In this document: positions 58,025-61,208 of the stretch, piece by piece | Layout: each line of letters begins with the position of its first letter | Numbering within the stretch: position 1 is the first letter of the stretch | NCBI GenBank assembly: GCA_947601845.1 | Contig: CANQGH010000002.1 | Coordinates: forward strand, 1 to 61,208 | Length of the DNA stretch: 61,208 nt | DNA from: an uncultured Bacilli bacterium | GTDB lineage: Bacteria; Bacillota_I; Bacilli_A; RF39; UBA660 | Direction: 5' to 3' | Translations under genes and position numbers: made by a program | The notes under the pieces: model-generated | What the model was told of the DNA's origin: nothing | The model's database searches: none | Seen by the model: the letters and a program-made list of their open reading frames with translations, nothing else

Positions 58025-59833
58025 ATGGAAAAAAGGAATGTTGCTATCATCGCTCATGTTGACCATGGAAAGACAACATTGGTAGATGAAATTTTAAAAA
58101 CGAGTGGAACTTTTAGAGAAAATGAAGATTTGAGTAATGAAACGATGGACTCTAACCAATTAGAAAGAGAACGTGGTATTACTATTTTAGCTAAAACAAC
58201 GGCTATTAATTATAAAGGATATCGTATTAATATTCTTGATACTCCAGGACATGCTGATTTTGGTGGCGAAGTAGAACGTATTATGAATATGGTTGATGGG
58301 GTTTTATTAGTCGTTGATGCTTATGAGGGAACAATGCCTCAAACAAGATTTGTATTAAAAAAAGCTTTAGAAGCTCATGTAAAACCTATTGTAGTTATTA
58401 ATAAAGTTGATAAAGAGTCAGCCAGATGTAAGGAAGTAGTAGATGAGGTTTTAGATTTATTTATTGATTTAGGGGCTGATGAAGATTGGTTAGACTTTAA
58501 AGTTGTTTATGCTTCAGCCTTAAATGGTACTTGTAGTTTAAGTGATGATTTATCAACTCAAACACCAGGATTTACGGAATTACTAGATTTAATTGTTAGT
58601 GAGATTCCATCTCCTCAAGGTGATGTTAATAAAGATTTACAGTTTCAACCAGCTTTACTAGATTATAATGATTATGTAGGTCGTATTGGTATAGGTAGGG
58701 TACATAATGGTAAAATTAAAGTAGGGCAGATGGTTGATTGCTTAAGGTTAGATGGATCAGTAAAACAATTTAGAGTGCAAAAATTATTTGGATATCTAGG
58801 ATATAAAAGAATTGAAATAGAAGAAGCTGAGGCTGGAGATATTTGTGCTGTAGCGGGACTTATGGATATTTCGGTAGGTGAGACTTTGTGCGAAGTTGGT
58901 AAGCATAATCCTCTACCAATTCTACATATTGATGAACCTACGTTACAAATGACTTTCGGGGTTAATACATCTCCTTTTGTCGGACGTGAAGGTAAGCTTT
59001 TAACAGCAAGAAAAATAGAAGAGCGTCTAATGAAAGAGTTACAACGTGATGTGAGTTTGCGTGTAGAACCAAATGATAGTGAATCATGGATTGTCTCAGG
59101 ACGTGGTGAATTACATTTAGGTATATTAATTGAAAATATGCGTCGTGAAGGTTTTGAATTACAAGTATCAAAACCAGCCGTAATTATAAAGGAAGAAAAT
59201 GGAGAGAAATTAGAACCATATGAGGAATTAATGCTTGATGTACCAGAAGAATCAGTAGGAACTATTATTGAACAATTGGGAACTCGTGGTGCTATTATGG
59301 AAAGTATGAATAATTTTAATGGACAAGTTAAATTAATTTATACTATTCCTTCTCGTGGCCTAATTGGCTTTACAACTAACTTCTTAACTTTAACTAAAGG
59401 ATATGGTATTATTAATCATACTTTTAAAGAATATCGTAAGATGACTAATGTTGATGTTGGTGAACGTTCTATCGGTGTTTTGGTATCCATTGAAAACGGT
59501 AAATCTACTGCCTATGCTTTAGGAGGATTAGAAGACCGTGGCGTTATGTTTATTGAACCAGGAACTGAAGTATACGAAGGAATGATAGTTGGTGAACATA
59601 ACCGTGATAATGATTTAGCCGTTAATGTTGTTAAAGGAAAACAATTAACTAATATGCGTGCAGCTGGTAGTGATAAAACAGTAGTATTAAAACGTCCTAG
59701 ACCAATGCCATTAGAGACTGCTATTGACTATATTAATTCTGATGAATATGTTGAAGTTACTCCATTAAATATTCGTTTACGTAAGAAAATTTTAAATACT
59801 GAACAAAGAAAGAAAATGGATGCAAAAAACTAA
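58025..59833 (+). CDS. typA: Translational GTPase TypA/BipA
   Basis: [32 protein letters not shown]; 602 aa with EF-G-like domains. Confidence 0.95.
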   Translation: MEKRNVAIIAHVDHGKTTLVDEILKTSGTFRENEDLSNETMDSNQLERERGITILAKTTAINYKGYRINILDTPGHADFGGEVERIMNMVDGVLLVVDAYEGTMPQTRFVLKKALEAHVKPIVVINKVDKESARCKEVVDEVLDLFIDLGADEDWLDFKVVYASALNGTCSLSDDLSTQTPGFTELLDLIVSEIPSPQGDVNKDLQFQPALLDYNDYVGRIGIGRVHNGKIKVGQMVDCLRLDGSVKQFRVQKLFGYLGYKRIEIEEAEAGDICAVAGLMDISVGETLCEVGKHNPLPILHIDEPTLQMTFGVNTSPFVGREGKLLTARKIEERLMKELQRDVSLRVEPNDSESWIVSGRGELHLGILIENMRREGFELQVSKPAVIIKEENGEKLEPYEELMLDVPEESVGTIIEQLGTRGAIMESMNNFNGQVKLIYTIPSRGLIGFTTNFLTLTKGYGIINHTFKEYRKMTNVDVGERSIGVLVSIENGKSTAYALGGLEDRGVMFIEPGTEVYEGMIVGEHNRDNDLAVNVVKGKQLTNMRAAGSDKTVVLKRPRPMPLETAIDYINSDEYVEVTPLNIRLRKKILNTEQRKKMDAKN

Positions 59834-59854
59834 TTTGTTTTTTCATCTTTTTTT
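59819..59854 (+). terminator. Terminator overlapping the typA 3' end
   Basis: gatgcaaaaaac / gttttttcatc (one bulge), then T7. Confidence 0.55.
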
Positions 59855-59891
59855 GATATAATATTCTATGTAGTAAATAGGAGGAATAAAT

Positions 59892-60437
59892 ATGGTAAAA
59901 AATAATAATCAAGTAGAAAATAAAGAAGAGAAAAGGCATATTCCTTTAAAAAATTATGTAATTGTAGCAATTATTTTTATTGTGACAATTGGTCTTGCCT
60001 TATTTTTAAACAATTGGTATCAAAGTTATCAAGATTATCAACAAACTATTCCTATTTTAAAAGGTGTATTAAGTGAAATTAGATATAATGAAATCGATAA
60101 TTATATAAATGATAATCCTAATTCCATTATTTATGTTGGGGTAGCTGATGATATGGATTGCCGAAAAGTTGAAGAAGACTTAAAAGATATTATTGTAAAG
60201 CATCACTTAAAAGATAAAATCGTATACTTTAATATTACTGATGTTTCTAATCGTAAGGATGTATTGACATCTTTTAATAATCAATATGTTCCAAATGGTA
60301 AAATATATACTTATCCTGCTATTGCTATATTAGATGAAGGAGAAGTTATTGCTTATAAAAGTAAATCTGCAAATAAAAACTTAATTATTAGTGATATTGA
60401 ACAATTATTTGAAGAGTATGAAGTATATGGTGATTAG
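59892..60437 (+). CDS. Membrane-anchored hypothetical protein (possibly a thioredoxin-like fold)
   Basis: SD aggagg and a single N-terminal TM helix. No catalytic CxxC seen. Confidence 0.6.
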   Translation: MVKNNNQVENKEEKRHIPLKNYVIVAIIFIVTIGLALFLNNWYQSYQDYQQTIPILKGVLSEIRYNEIDNYINDNPNSIIYVGVADDMDCRKVEEDLKDIIVKHHLKDKIVYFNITDVSNRKDVLTSFNNQYVPNGKIYTYPAIAILDEGEVIAYKSKSANKNLIISDIEQLFEEYEVYGD

Positions 60438-60439
60438 TT

Positions 60440-60949
60440 GTGATAAATATTGTTTTATATGAACCAGAAATACCAGGTAATACGGGTAATATTATGCGTA
60501 CTTGTGTTGCCACTAATACTAAATTACATTTGATAGAACCTTTAGGCTTTTCTCTTGATGAGAGTAAGATTAGAAGAAGTGGAGTTAATTATATAGATAA
60601 ATTAGATTATGAGGTTTATAAAAATTTTGATGAATTTAAAAGTAAAAATAAAGGAACATATTATTATTTTACAAGATATGGTCATAAACCTCATACTAGT
60701 TTTGATTATTCTAACCAAGATGAAAACATTTATTTAATTTTTGGAAAAGAGTCTACCGGTATTCCTAAAGAAATATTAAGACAAGATTTAGATCATTGTA
60801 TGCGAATACCTATGACTAGTAACGTGAGGGCACTTAACTTATCTAATTGTGCTGCTATTGTGGTATATGAAGTATTAAGACAGCAAAATTATCCTAACTT
60901 ATTATTTGAAGAACCACATAAGGATAAAGATTTTATTAATTTAGATTAA
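60440..60949 (+). CDS. trmL: tRNA (cytidine/uridine(34)-2'-O)-methyltransferase, SpoU/TrmL family
   Basis: IVLYEPEIPGNTGNIMRTC, FGKESTGIP, RALNLSNCAAIVVYE. Confidence 0.88.
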   Translation: MINIVLYEPEIPGNTGNIMRTCVATNTKLHLIEPLGFSLDESKIRRSGVNYIDKLDYEVYKNFDEFKSKNKGTYYYFTRYGHKPHTSFDYSNQDENIYLIFGKESTGIPKEILRQDLDHCMRIPMTSNVRALNLSNCAAIVVYEVLRQQNYPNLLFEEPHKDKDFINLD

Positions 60950-60955
60950 AAATTG

Positions 60956-60985
60956 TTGACAATCATTATCATGTAATGGTATGAT
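60956..60985 (+). promoter_or_regulatory. Promoter for tRNA-Ala
   Basis: TTGACA (60956-60961), 18-nt spacer, TATGAT (60980-60985). Confidence 0.5.
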
Positions 60986-61015
60986 TATATCACTGAGTTG
61001 AGATTCAACTCATAT

Positions 61016-61091
61016 GGGGCATTAGCTCAGCTGGGAGAGCGCCACGTTTGCACCGTGGAGGTCAGGAGTTCGATCCTCCTATGCTCCACCA
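61016..61091 (+). tRNA. tRNA-Ala (anticodon UGC), CCA encoded
   Basis: 76-nt cloverleaf folded by hand. Acceptor stem GGGGCAU/AUGCUCC with the G3:U70 Ala identity pair, anticodon loop UUUGCAC, and T-arm AGGAG-UUCGAUC-CUCCU. Confidence 0.95.
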
Positions 61092-61130
61092 TAGGGAAAT
61101 TAGTCGAACTAATCGACTTGAAATATATGA

Positions 61131-61157
61131 AAGGTTAATTTCGGTTAACCTTTTTAT
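61131..61157 (+). terminator. Terminator after the tRNA
   Basis: aaggttaa (61131-61138) / ttaacctt (61145-61152), then tttat. Confidence 0.65.
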
Positions 61158-61182
61158 ATTGCTCGAAAGGAGTTGATTAGTT

Positions 61183-61208
61183 ATGCAGATAAAAAGTGAA
61201 AAATTAGA
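61183..61208 (+). CDS. Start of an unidentified CDS running off the window
   Basis: SD gaaaggag (61165-61172) and ATG 61183 (MQIKSEKL...). Only 8 codons are visible. Confidence 0.3.

Noticed and set aside
1-61208. Mollicute-type genetic code 4 (TGA = Trp), considered because of the extreme AT content
   Set aside because: All conserved genes (polC, typA, ugd, alr) translate full length under the standard code. TGA also terminates well-defined genes, for example the LCP stop at 42553-42555.

Overview
About 61 kb of chromosome from a very AT-rich, low-GC Firmicute. It has Gram-positive-type PolC, a SpoIID-like protein and TmcAL, and the standard genetic code fits because TGA is used as a stop. 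No database search was possible, so every product call rests on motifs read from the translations.

Layout:
- 1-4.3 kb: the 3' part of a phage tail-fibre-like gene, a DUF1016/YhcG PDDEXK nuclease, a GH3 NagZ-like lipoprotein and a small lipoprotein.
- 4.4-9.9 kb: a hypothetical gene and polC.
- 10.4-14.8 kb: two large surface proteins built from InlB-B-type (Flg_new) and Big_2 repeats, including 231-bp near-identical tandem DNA repeats.
- 14.8-17.2 kb (minus strand): a SpoIID/LytB-like gene and tmcAL.
- 17.4-18.2 kb: a self-contained module of promoter, structured leader RNA with intrinsic terminator, orphan 193-aa protein and terminator.
- 18.5-40.4 kb: a roughly 22-kb Wzx/Wzy-type capsule/exopolysaccharide locus. 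It carries cpsC/D/B-like tyrosine kinase control genes, an initiating phosphoglycosyl transferase, a full GDP-D-glycero-D-manno-heptose pathway, GT2/GT4 transferases, Wzy, Wzx, a pyruvyl transferase, Ugd and a UDP-GlcA epimerase. It also carries two hexapeptide acetyltransferase genes that each contain a long poly-G tract (G9, frameshifted; G10, in frame), plus gene relics.
- 40.4-47.4 kb: VanZ, then two paralogous LCP (LytR-CpsA-Psr) genes. They bracket a defence islet made of an Rx4H HEPN protein and a split OLD-type ABC-ATPase + TOPRIM pair (PARIS/AbiL-like).
- 47.5-48.3 kb: a type III toxin-antitoxin locus (ToxN/CptN-like toxin, terminator, tandem pseudoknot RNA repeats).
- 48.5-52.2 kb: alr, a decayed IS30 transposase, and an XRE-ImmA/IrrE + PIN-like pair.
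- 52.3-61.2 kb: housekeeping genes (yceD-rpmF, a ClpX-like AAA+ protein, queH, typA, trmL, tRNA-Ala).

The most interesting signals are the clustered defence/TA modules around the duplicated LCP genes, the RNA-led orphan gene at 17.4 kb, and the paired poly-G contingency tracts in the capsule acetyltransferases.
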